The notes below the pieces were generated by a model. That model made no database searches, had not been told where the DNA came from, and saw only the letters and a list, made by a program, of their open reading frames with translations. Of a DNA stretch of 32,000 nt, positions 24,808 through 32,000 are shown piece after piece. Every line of letters starts with the position of its first letter. The stretch's first letter is position 1. This stretch comes from Candidatus Electrothrix yaqonensis (GTDB lineage Bacteria; Desulfobacterota; Desulfobulbia; Desulfobulbales; Desulfobulbaceae). Both the position numbers and the translations under genes were made by a program. The stretch spans positions 3,300,001 through 3,332,000 of the forward strand of contig CP178758.1 in the NCBI GenBank assembly GCA_047651235.1. Direction: 5' to 3'.

Positions 24808-24958
24808 CTTTCTATCCTCCTTTTTTTTGGATATTAACTGATGATGCTTTTATATAGAGCCCCTTTGTTGTTCTTGTATAAAGAATTTGTATTTTTTCTG
24901 TTTGCTTTTCTGTTTTCATGGCGGTGTCCGGCAGGATTTTCCTTTGGTACTCCTGCAC

Positions 24959-24986
24959 TTGACAGCGGTTGCAGATTCTGTTTAAT
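24959..24986 (+). promoter_or_regulatory. Candidate sigma70-type promoter for trpB
   Basis: TTGACA (24959-24964), a 16-nt spacer, then TTTAAT (24981-24986), about 45 nt upstream of the trpB ATG. Confidence 0.35.
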
Positions 24987-25031
24987 CTGCGCGGAACGTC
25001 TTTAATAATTTTTCATATTCGGTAACACATC

Positions 25032-26264
25032 ATGACAAAAGGATATTTCGGTCAATGGGGCGGGGCGTTCATCCCGGAAGTGCTGTATCAGACCTTTGCG
25101 AAACTCAATACAGCTTATGCGGCTGCACGGGCGGATGCCGCCTTCTGGCAGGAGTACGTTGACCTGATGGGCAATTATTCCTGCCGCCCCACGCCGCTGA
25201 CCTTTGCGGAAAATCTCTCCGATCATCTGGGCGGAGCGCGGATTTATATTAAACGGGAGGACCTGAACCATACCGGTGCCCATAAGGCCAATAATGTCAT
25301 GGGCCAGGGCCTGCTGGTCAGACGGATGGGCAAGCAGCGGGTCATTGCCGAGACCGGTGCGGGTCAGCACGGAGTGGCCACGGCAACAATGGCTGCCCGG
25401 TTCGGCTTTGACTGCACCGTGTATATGGGCGAGGAGGATGTGGCCCGGCAGCGGCCCAATGTCTTCTGGATGGAAAAACTGGGCGCCACCGTGGTGCCAG
25501 TGAAGGACGGCTCACGGACGCTCAAAGATGCCATCAACGAGGCCTTCCGCGACTGGGTCACCAATATGGACACCACCCATTACGTGCTCGGCACGGCCTG
25601 CGGGCCGCATCCCTTTCCGGAAATGGTAGCTTGGTTTCAGTCTATTATCGGAATCGAGGCGGAAAAGCAGATTCTGGAACAGCACGGATCCCTGCCGGAC
25701 CGGGTCTATGCCTGCGTGGGCGGCGGTTCCAATGCGATGGGTATTTTTCAGGGCTTTCTTGAGCACAAAGAGGTGGAGCTGGTCGGCGTGGAGGCTGGCG
25801 GCAAAGGCATTGATACGGAAGAACACGCCTCCAGGATGGTGGGCGAGCGTTCTGCTCCCGGCGTGGCCCAAGGCTATAAGACCATGTTTCTCCAGGATGA
25901 GGACGGCCAGATGCTGGATACCCACTCCATTGCTGCCGGGCTGGATTATGTGGGCGTGTCCCCGATTCTTGCTGATCTGGGGGAAACAGGCAGGGTGCGC
26001 TTTGAAGCGGCAACCGATACAGAGGTGCTGGAGGCCCTGACCCTGGCCATGCGCACCGAGGGGATTATCCCGGCCTTGGAATCCTCCCATGCCTTTGTCC
26101 AGGCCATCAAAGAGGCTCCGGCCATGTCCCAGGAGCAGGCAATTATTATCAATATGTCCGGCCGGGGCGACAAGGATATTTTCACCATTGCCCATGCCTT
26201 TGATGATCCCTCCTGGAAGGAGTTCATTATCGGCCGGGCTGAGGAGTACAGACGAAAAAAATAG
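25032..26264 (+). CDS. trpB: Tryptophan synthase beta chain
   Basis: The sequence runs GYFGQWGGAFIPEVL, then RPTPL, then IYIKREDLNHTGAHKANN (PLP lysine), then ETGAGQHGVATA, then GGGSNAMG. No trpA is adjacent in the window. Confidence 0.93.
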   Translation: MTKGYFGQWGGAFIPEVLYQTFAKLNTAYAAARADAAFWQEYVDLMGNYSCRPTPLTFAENLSDHLGGARIYIKREDLNHTGAHKANNVMGQGLLVRRMGKQRVIAETGAGQHGVATATMAARFGFDCTVYMGEEDVARQRPNVFWMEKLGATVVPVKDGSRTLKDAINEAFRDWVTNMDTTHYVLGTACGPHPFPEMVAWFQSIIGIEAEKQILEQHGSLPDRVYACVGGGSNAMGIFQGFLEHKEVELVGVEAGGKGIDTEEHASRMVGERSAPGVAQGYKTMFLQDEDGQMLDTHSIAAGLDYVGVSPILADLGETGRVRFEAATDTEVLEALTLAMRTEGIIPALESSHAFVQAIKEAPAMSQEQAIIINMSGRGDKDIFTIAHAFDDPSWKEFIIGRAEEYRRKK

Positions 26265-26610
26265 AGACCTTCTCTAAACGGATTCCGGTGAACCGCACAG
26301 GCTGAAGCAGGGATAGAAGAGCTGGCTGAGATATGGCAATGTTTTCCTGATCCGGGCAAACCGGAAGAACAGGGGGGACAGGTGATTGACAGTATATTCT
26401 CAACATTTTGTTTTATCGCTGCGAAATGTGACAGGCTGTTTGCCGGTAAAAAATCTTGCCGCTGTCCCGCCTGAAATGGTACTTTTAACGGATAAAATCT
26501 CGCCGGAGATTGCATGTGCAACTCAAATTAACAATGAAACAGGCTGTCTGGCGTAACGGTTCATCGACTATGCGCCAAATCTGCCAGAACACCATCAACA
26601 GGCTTATATA

Positions 26611-27513
26611 ATGAAGAAAGTATCTGCAACCCAGCTAGCAAAACTGCAGGGAATAACTCCGAAGGAATTCTTCGCACTCCTGTCTGATCAAGGACTGATT
26701 GAAAGAGAGGAGAATTCTTGGATCTTAACCCGAAAAGGAGAAAAAACCTGCGGAGAATACAAGGAATCTGCAAAGTATGGGAAATATATCGTATGGCCGG
26801 ATACATTGAAGCTAACTGATGAAGAATTGACATTAGCACCAGCATCAGCAGATGGAAAACTGCTCACTTCAACGGCAATAGGAAAACATTTTGACCTGTC
26901 TGCAAACAAGATCAACTTTATCCTTTCAGAGATAGGATGGATCAAAAAAGGTCTGAAAGGCTGGCTGCTCACAGAACAGGGAGAAAGACAGGGCGGGCAG
27001 CAGGCTGAAGACAGAAGAACCGGGGTACCTTATGCGAAATGGCCAGCAAGTCTGTTGGCATCAAAAGCGCTTATTGAAACCGTCGAGCATGTAAAAGGCA
27101 CATATTCCGAGCAGGAAAACAAACCGGATCAGAACGCCGGAGTAGAACAGAATGCCGGTTTCAGGGAGAAGTTCGAGGCCAAGCATCGTACCACAGACGG
27201 ACATTTTGTTCGTTCAAAAGCGGAGATGCTGATAGACAACTGGTTGTACATGGCGGAAATTGTTCATGCCTACGAACGAAAACTCCCTATTGAGGAGAAC
27301 GTCTACAGTGACTTTTATATCCCCACAGGGAAGATCTATGTAGAGTATTGGTGATACGAAAACGATGAGAAGTACTTGGCCAGAAAGAAGGTCAAGCAGG
27401 AAATATATCAGAAATACGGATTCAATCTTATTGAGCTGGAAGATAAACACGTTCAGAATTTTGACGACATCTTGCCGCGATTACTTCTGAAATTCGGAGT
27501 GCAGTCGTATTGA
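26611..27513 (+). pseudogene. Duplicated wHTH-like module protein fused to a PD-(D/E)xK-like nuclease domain, interrupted by an in-frame TGA (27352-27354)
   Basis: The reading frame continues in phase past the TGA for 52 more codons to a TGA at 27511-27513: ...SDFYIPTGKIYVEYW*YENDEKYLARKKVKQEIYQKYGFNLIELEDKHVQNFDDILPRLLLKFGVQSY*. The region RSKAEMLIDNWL...YE...DFYIP...YVEYW(G) looks like restriction-endonuclease-fold modules found attached to helicase-type proteins. Confidence 0.6.
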
Positions 27514-27550
27514 ATGCAGGCTGAATAGGAATGCCGCTCCGGCACCTCCT

Positions 27551-28189
27551 TTACCGCGTTCGCATAACACCAGGATTAAAGCTTAGTCCGGTTGCGGACA
27601 GACCGGCGCTGCGGGATTCAGCATAAAGAACGACAGCAACGCCCACTACCATGCCTGCCCCATGTGCTTCAGGTACGCTGCCCCAGCTCAGGTGGGTGAA
27701 AACAGCCTGCTGCTGCATTATTTCAATAGCAATTTTTATGATTGCCGCCAGCCCGATAAGCAGCACGACCGGGTGCCTGTGCTCCTGCCAGAGTCTGGCC
27801 AGCAGGACAGCAAACAGGCTGTTGAGTATGCCGGACAGGCCGCAGTAACGGAGCAGATCGGTCTGACCAAAGTACAGCCAGAAGCTGATTCCCAGACAGC
27901 TCAGTCCGGTCAGACCTGCGCAGCGCAGCCAGCCGATCCGTTGTTCAAGCAGGCCGCTGATGAGCAGCAGAGGCAGCAGGTTCCAGACGAGATGCTGCCG
28001 GTCACAATGGACAAAATGTCCGCTGACCAGCCGCCATAGCTCTCCCTGGGCAATGGCGGCCCGGTTGTATACCAGTGCCTCCGGGGCCGGGCCGAAGAGC
28101 AGAAAAAGCAGCAGGTAGGCTGCGCAGAGGCTGCAGGTCAGCAAGGGGATGCCTGTGCAGCCTCTGTTTGAATCGGTTCCGATGCTCAT
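27551..28189 (-). CDS. rrtA: Rhombosortase (rhomboid-family intramembrane serine protease)
   Basis: The protein is polytopic and hydrophobic. It carries WRLVSGHFVHCDRQHLVWNLLPL, the catalytic-Ser context GLSGILNS and the catalytic-His context HGAGMVVG. The start at 28189 overlaps the upstream stop (ATGA). It is adjacent to a GlyGly-CTERM protein. Confidence 0.8.
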   Translation of the reverse strand: MSIGTDSNRGCTGIPLLTCSLCAAYLLLFLLFGPAPEALVYNRAAIAQGELWRLVSGHFVHCDRQHLVWNLLPLLLISGLLEQRIGWLRCAGLTGLSCLGISFWLYFGQTDLLRYCGLSGILNSLFAVLLARLWQEHRHPVVLLIGLAAIIKIAIEIMQQQAVFTHLSWGSVPEAHGAGMVVGVAVVLYAESRSAGLSATGLSFNPGVMRTR

Positions 28190-30363
28190 TGTATGCTCTT
28201 CTTTTTCAGACCAAACCATGCCAGAGGCAGAAGCAGCAGCAGCGAAAGGAGATCAAAACTGCCTGAACCACCTCCGCCGGACTTGCGGGTGGAGGTGGTA
28301 TGATGACCACCTGAATTTCGGGTGGTGGGGCGCTTGCTCTGCTGGAACATAGGCTGCGCCGTGTCAGCCCGCCGATTGGTTACCGGTCGGGAAGCGCGCT
28401 GCTTCTGCGCAGTAAATTCACGCTCCAGCCGTTTCGCATTCCGCCGTTCAATATTCAGCTGCTGAAATACCTCGTCCCGGACAACCACCATAGAGGTATA
28501 CTCCGTAACCAGCCCGTACTGCTTGCCAATATCGGTAATGGCTTGTTTCATATCCGCCTCTTCCCCGAAATCCTCCATATCCCGGCTGAGCTGCTCAATG
28601 CTTGCATAGGCCCAGAGCCGTTCCAGTTCCGGATGGGCATCAGACTGATCCGGGAAAGAAAATCGGGTCTGATACACCTTGTCCTCACCGGAGATCCTGC
28701 CGTTCAGCTTGACCTCGGCCTCACCGCCGCCGCTGTAATGCCCGAACAGAGTCAGTTGCTGACCCCGGTACAGGCTGCCGATGTTCTTCGGCGTCAGATC
28801 AAAGGTCCTGATACCGCTGATTCTGAGTTCAGCCCCATGCAGGGCTTCGTGGGTGACCTTGGACTGCGCCAGCAGAATGGAGCCGACAATATCGTCGCTG
28901 TTGGAAACGCTCATAGCAAAGCCGTTGGACGCATCAGTCACTGCTGTCAGCAGGGGCCGGTTGGCGCTGTTACCCATGATAAAGGTGAACAACCGCACAT
29001 CATGGCTCCGGATCAGCCGGATAAAGTCCTTCTGCTCGGTCACGCCCACATTGGCCACGCCGTCGGTGACCAGCAGAAGCGCACTGGTCCGATCGCTGTC
29101 CAGTTTTTTCAGCCCCAGCTGCAGACCGTCATAGACATTGGTTCCGCCGTTGGTTTGGATTTTGCGAACTTTGGCGACATACTCCCGCACGTTTTCCGGG
29201 TTGGCCGGAGTGTATCCGTTGGTCAGCTCGGAGGGCGAGTTATTGAACAGAATGATTCTGAACCGCTCTTTTGGCGACATTTTCTGCAGGGCCCTGCTCA
29301 CTCCATCGGCCAAGGTCTGGTATTTGCCTTTCATGGACCCGGAAATATCCAGGATAAAAATCCAGTCTCTCCCCTCAGTGATGGGCTGCAGGTCCATAGC
29401 CGGAGTGACGGTCAGCATAAAGGTGCCCGGTTTGTCCTGTTCCGGTTTATAGGTAACCAGATCAACCGCGCCGGGCAGGTTATCTGCATGACGGTAATAG
29501 ACCACGATATCCTGATTCAGGGTAAAGGCTGTACCGGCAGGCCGGAGTTCTGCGGCTTGAGCAATCTGCTCCTCAGCCTGTTCCGTGCCTTCCGCAGTAA
29601 CTTCTGCTGTAACAGCCTTATCATCACCCGGAACACTGCCAGGATCGCTCCCAAGATTATTACCGAGATGCACATGGTAGCTGTCCCCATTCTTCACAAT
29701 CTTCGCATCAGGGTGATTGGGCAGCCGTATGCCGTCCACCGGATATCCGGAACGCAGAATGAGATCAAAACTGAAGCTCCGGGTCACGGTTTCATTGGCT
29801 GTCCAAAAGGAGAGCTTTGTATCATCCACGCCTCCTTCTTCCAAGGGATAAACGTAACGGCCCATGGAGCTGTCTACGTTGACTGGCTGGATATAGCCGA
29901 AACGGATCCGGGTGTCCTGTCCGGCCCGGACCGGCGAGACAGCAATGTCAAAGGTCTTGAAGCTGTCCTGTTCAGTCAGCCCGGCATCCTGGCCTGCTGC
30001 CTTCTGTTCTTCATAGACCTGCCTGGCTTTTTCCTTTTCCAGGACTTCGCCGTGAACCGGTTTGTTATCAATCCACATGATGAATTCAGCCACAGCGGCC
30101 TGTTCAGGAATCGGAAAGGAGTAGATTGCCTCAAGGTCCCGGTTATGCGGATTATAAAAAATCTGCTCCACAGTGGTGATGGCATAGCCGTCCTCAATCA
30201 CTACCTTCACCAGATGATCCTTGATCTCCAGAGCCGGAAGACTACTGTTTCGGGGTGTCAGCAGACCGGCTGCCGAGGCAGTGGCTGCCCAGAATACGGA
30301 CCAGAGTGCAGCTGCAAAGCAGCAGATGAGCATGTTGCGTGTACGGTGTTTAACGTCTTGCAT
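28186..30363 (-). CDS. Secreted VIT + von Willebrand factor A domain protein with GlyGly-CTERM sorting signal
   Basis: The start is chosen at the ATG at 30363, after GGGAGGAA. The signal peptide is MLICCFAAALWSVFWAATASA. The VIT-like region reads LEIKDHLVKVVIEDGYAITTVEQIFYNPHNRDLEAIYSFPIP. The vWA MIDAS motif is ILDISGSM. The C-terminus is SGGGGSGSFDLLSLLLLLPLAWFGLKKKSIQ. Confidence 0.88.
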   Translation of the reverse strand: MQDVKHRTRNMLICCFAAALWSVFWAATASAAGLLTPRNSSLPALEIKDHLVKVVIEDGYAITTVEQIFYNPHNRDLEAIYSFPIPEQAAVAEFIMWIDNKPVHGEVLEKEKARQVYEEQKAAGQDAGLTEQDSFKTFDIAVSPVRAGQDTRIRFGYIQPVNVDSSMGRYVYPLEEGGVDDTKLSFWTANETVTRSFSFDLILRSGYPVDGIRLPNHPDAKIVKNGDSYHVHLGNNLGSDPGSVPGDDKAVTAEVTAEGTEQAEEQIAQAAELRPAGTAFTLNQDIVVYYRHADNLPGAVDLVTYKPEQDKPGTFMLTVTPAMDLQPITEGRDWIFILDISGSMKGKYQTLADGVSRALQKMSPKERFRIILFNNSPSELTNGYTPANPENVREYVAKVRKIQTNGGTNVYDGLQLGLKKLDSDRTSALLLVTDGVANVGVTEQKDFIRLIRSHDVRLFTFIMGNSANRPLLTAVTDASNGFAMSVSNSDDIVGSILLAQSKVTHEALHGAELRISGIRTFDLTPKNIGSLYRGQQLTLFGHYSGGGEAEVKLNGRISGEDKVYQTRFSFPDQSDAHPELERLWAYASIEQLSRDMEDFGEEADMKQAITDIGKQYGLVTEYTSMVVVRDEVFQQLNIERRNAKRLEREFTAQKQRASRPVTNRRADTAQPMFQQSKRPTTRNSGGHHTTSTRKSGGGGSGSFDLLSLLLLLPLAWFGLKKKSIQ
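28189..28278 (-). other. GlyGly-CTERM sorting signal coding segment
   Basis: A Gly-rich motif (GGGGSGS) is followed by a hydrophobic helix (FDLLSLLLLLPLAWFGL) and a basic tail (KKKSIQ). This is the tripartite architecture described for rhombosortase substrates. Confidence 0.7.
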
Positions 30364-30399
30364 TGTTTCCTCCCTGCGGATTATAAAAAAATCAGGTGC

Positions 30400-30412
30400 T
30401 GAACAGTGTTCA
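30400..30412. promoter_or_regulatory. Operator-like perfect palindrome TGAACAGTGTTCA (copy 1)
   Basis: A 13-bp perfect inverted repeat in the divergent intergenic region between the VIT-vWA gene and the TetR gene. Confidence 0.6.
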
Positions 30413-30431
30413 TTTTTAGGCCAAACAAAAA

Positions 30432-30444
30432 CGAACACTGTTCA
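30432..30444. promoter_or_regulatory. Operator-like palindrome cGAACACTGTTCA (copy 2, 12/13)
   Basis: The same palindrome with the complementary central base. Its centre lies 32 bp from copy 1. Confidence 0.55.
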
Positions 30445-30465
30445 TATAAATATATACCGCATCAT

Positions 30466-30478
30466 TGAACAGTGTTCA
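30466..30478. promoter_or_regulatory. Operator-like perfect palindrome TGAACAGTGTTCA (copy 3; extends to 15 bp, TTGAACAGTGTTCAA)
   Basis: Its centre lies 34 bp from copy 2 and about 100 nt upstream of the likely TetR start. Confidence 0.6.
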
Positions 30479-30569
30479 ACTAAAAAAATTCCTTTTTTAT
30501 ATTTTCTTGTGTAGCATGGCAAAGCAGATCTATAAATCGATCGGAAACAAGCAGAGGAGAAAAATACAG

Positions 30570-31187
30570 ATGGGTCGGACAAAAAAAGTAGAATACAAAG
30601 AACTCCGTGAGCGTATTCTTACAGCGGCAAAGAATATGGTACGATGTCAGGGATCTGCCGCCCTGAGTATCAGAAAAATGGCTGCCGAAATCGGCTGCGC
30701 AGTCGGGACAATCTACAATGTGTTCAGCAATATTGATGAAATCATCCTAACCATCAATTCTGCCACGCTGACAAAGTTGCAGGCCAGACTGCTGGCAGAT
30801 GCCTGTTCAGAAGATGATGCCCTTACAGCCTGGGTCCGCCTGAGCCACTCCTATGTGGCCTTCTGCCGGGAGGAGTATCACCTCTGGAGCCTGTTGATTG
30901 AGCACAGATTGGCACCGGATAATACGCTGCCTGCGTGGTATCAACAGCAGGTAGATGAGTTGTTTCTGCTGGTCAGCCGGATGGCGGAACCGTTAACAGG
31001 CGGGGATAAAAAAAAGGCGGAACGGGCTGCACGGGTGCTCTGGGCCGGACTGCAGGGGATCTGCTCCCTTGCAGTGAGCGGCAAGCTGGATGTGGTCCAT
31101 GCGGAACCGGCAGATGTGCTGGCTGAATCGCTGGCCCGCAATTATGCGCAGGGACTGATCCTGGAAAGTACCAGTCCGCTGCAGTAG
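30570..31187 (+). CDS. TetR/AcrR-family transcriptional regulator
   Basis: The start is chosen at MGRTKK, with GAGGAG upstream, giving 205 aa. The HTH is LSIRKMAAEIGCAVGTIYNVFSNIDEI. The track start at 30465 would place the operator palindrome inside the coding region. Confidence 0.88.
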   Translation: MGRTKKVEYKELRERILTAAKNMVRCQGSAALSIRKMAAEIGCAVGTIYNVFSNIDEIILTINSATLTKLQARLLADACSEDDALTAWVRLSHSYVAFCREEYHLWSLLIEHRLAPDNTLPAWYQQQVDELFLLVSRMAEPLTGGDKKKAERAARVLWAGLQGICSLAVSGKLDVVHAEPADVLAESLARNYAQGLILESTSPLQ

Positions 31188-31193
31188 GCGGGT

Positions 31194-32000
31194 TCAGACC
31201 GTTTTCTTCTGATGCGCATATCGATACCGTATTGGCATCATGCCGAACCAGGTAAGAAGCATGAGCGCAGCAGCCGGTACTATAAGCCACAGCCAGCCGA
31301 AATGCATGGTCAGCCAGGCAGCGCCGGTAATCGGAAGCAGAAGTATTCTGGTGGCAGAGCGCAGTGTACCGTTGGCGCTGATAACATCGGCGATCGGCGG
31401 TGAATAATGGTAATATAGGCGCACCAGAGCGCGGCCTGCAGAATTATGCAGCATAAACCGGTCCCGGAAATCCCGGAGGATTTTGACCGAAGGATGAAAC
31501 AGGGACCCAAAGGCTGCTGTTGCTACAAAGCAGGAGTCTGCCGTCTGAAAGGTGACCGAATTGCCGTAATATATTTTTCCGTCAGCAATGGCATAGGCCC
31601 GTGCGTAGAAAAAAGTGCCGGGTTTGAGATTTTCCAGTTTGCCGGTAAAGGAGCCTGTTCCCGAACCTTCGTCGGTGCTGCCTTGTTCAAGGAAATCGTC
31701 TTCACTGCTGTCTGTGTCAGTAGATGTTGACGTTGTTGAGCTGTCATCCTGAGCTATGGCGGTACTGATGAACAGACTTCCTACGCTATGCAGACCTGTC
31801 CGGATCAGATTACCTCCAGCTGCGTAGAATTCGGGAGCAGAAGATGTCGAGCTAGTTGTCTCAGAACTGTCGTCTGTCTCCGTACTGCTGTCACCAGATG
31901 TGGTATCAGTCTCCTCTGTAAAATCTTTTAGTACCGGATTGGGTGCCGTGCTGAAAACAATCCCGAACTGGGTAATACTATTCCCCAGGCCGTTGAAAAT
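31194..32000 (-). CDS. Cell-surface protein, 5' end beyond the window; C-terminal CFVATAAFGS-type anchor domain
   Basis: My own translation of the minus strand from nt 32000 is open for all 268 codons. The ORF track lists only the last 86 aa, from an internal Met. The protein contains a beta-sandwich-like module (GSFTGKLENLKPGTFFYARAYAIADGKIYYGNSVTFQT) and Ser/Thr/Asp-rich linkers. It ends with CFVATAAFGSLFHPSVKILRDFRDRFMLHNSAGRALVRLYYHYSPPIADVI followed by hydrophobic helices. Confidence 0.75.
   Translation of the reverse strand: MFNGLGNSITQFGIVFSTAPNPVLKDFTEETDTTSGDSSTETDDSSETTSSTSSAPEFYAAGGNLIRTGLHSVGSLFISTAIAQDDSSTTSTSTDTDSSEDDFLEQGSTDEGSGTGSFTGKLENLKPGTFFYARAYAIADGKIYYGNSVTFQTADSCFVATAAFGSLFHPSVKILRDFRDRFMLHNSAGRALVRLYYHYSPPIADVISANGTLRSATRILLLPITGAAWLTMHFGWLWLIVPAAALMLLTWFGMMPIRYRYAHQKKTV

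Noticed and set aside
25512-26521. Minus-strand ORFs 25512-26195 and 25946-26521
   Set aside because: They are antisense to trpB or run from its 3' end into the intergenic region, with no coding signature.
27352-27354. TGA as selenocysteine or as a reassigned (code 25, Gly) codon
   Set aside because: TGA clearly terminates other genes in this window, for example at 843-845, 28186-28188 and 31194-31196. I see no SECIS-like hairpin just downstream. A simple GGA-to-TGA mutation or an error is more parsimonious.
28543-30402. 619-aa ORF on the plus strand
   Set aside because: It is entirely antisense to the VIT-vWA gene, whose frame carries a signal peptide, a MIDAS motif and a GlyGly-CTERM. The plus-strand product is Arg/Gly/His/Pro-rich with no recognisable motif, which is typical of a shadow ORF in GC-rich coding DNA.
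1-32000. Scan for tRNA/rRNA genes, CRISPR arrays, IS elements, integrases and flanking direct repeats of the vgrG island
   Set aside because: I found no T-loop-like GTTCGAATC-type motif, regularly spaced repeat array, transposase- or integrase-like ORF, or terminal inverted repeat by eye. Short island-flanking direct repeats cannot be excluded without computation.

Overview
This is a 32-kb chromosomal window of mixed composition. I recognised no rRNA, tRNA, CRISPR array, transposase or integrase.

**(i) nt 1-2551.** Two translationally coupled two-component genes: a tandem-receiver response regulator that runs off the left edge, and a soluble hybrid histidine kinase. Their 3' ends are a roughly 0.55-kb direct duplication.

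**(ii) nt 2853-14061, all minus strand.** This is an orphan type VI secretion (T6SS) spike island with two vgrG modules.
- Upstream module: an unusually long VgrG (923 aa) with a roughly 460-aa C-terminal extension I cannot assign, followed by a tightly coupled unknown 255-aa gene.
- Downstream module: a canonical vgrG followed by a DUF2169-pentapeptide fusion, a 610-aa pentapeptide-repeat protein, a DUF3540-like protein and a short DUF4150 PAAR-like protein with no toxin domain.
- No T6SS core genes (hcp, tssA-M, clpV) are in the window.

**(iii) nt 14.1-15.3 kb.** A junction holding a decayed 3' remnant of panD and an AT-rich orphan gene.

**(iv) nt 15.3-26.3 kb.** Mostly housekeeping genes on the plus strand:
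- DegT-family aminotransferase
- secreted protein with an L,D-transpeptidase-like Cys motif
- CDA-fold deaminase
- long U32 peptidase-family protein
- protoporphyrinogen oxidase
- 5-formyl-THF cyclo-ligase
- HDAC-family deacetylase
- two small membrane or secreted ORFs
- orphan trpB

**(v) nt 26.6-32.0 kb.**
- A duplicated-wHTH plus PD-(D/E)xK-like nuclease gene broken by an in-frame TGA.
- A rhombosortase overlapping its VIT-vWA GlyGly-CTERM substrate gene.
- A divergent TetR gene with three copies of a 13-bp palindromic operator.
- A surface protein with a CFVATAAFGS-type C-terminal anchor that runs off the right edge and is missing from the ORF track.

The most novel-looking element is the vgrG2 C-terminal extension together with its coupled unknown gene. 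All family assignments come from motif recognition by eye. No database search was run.
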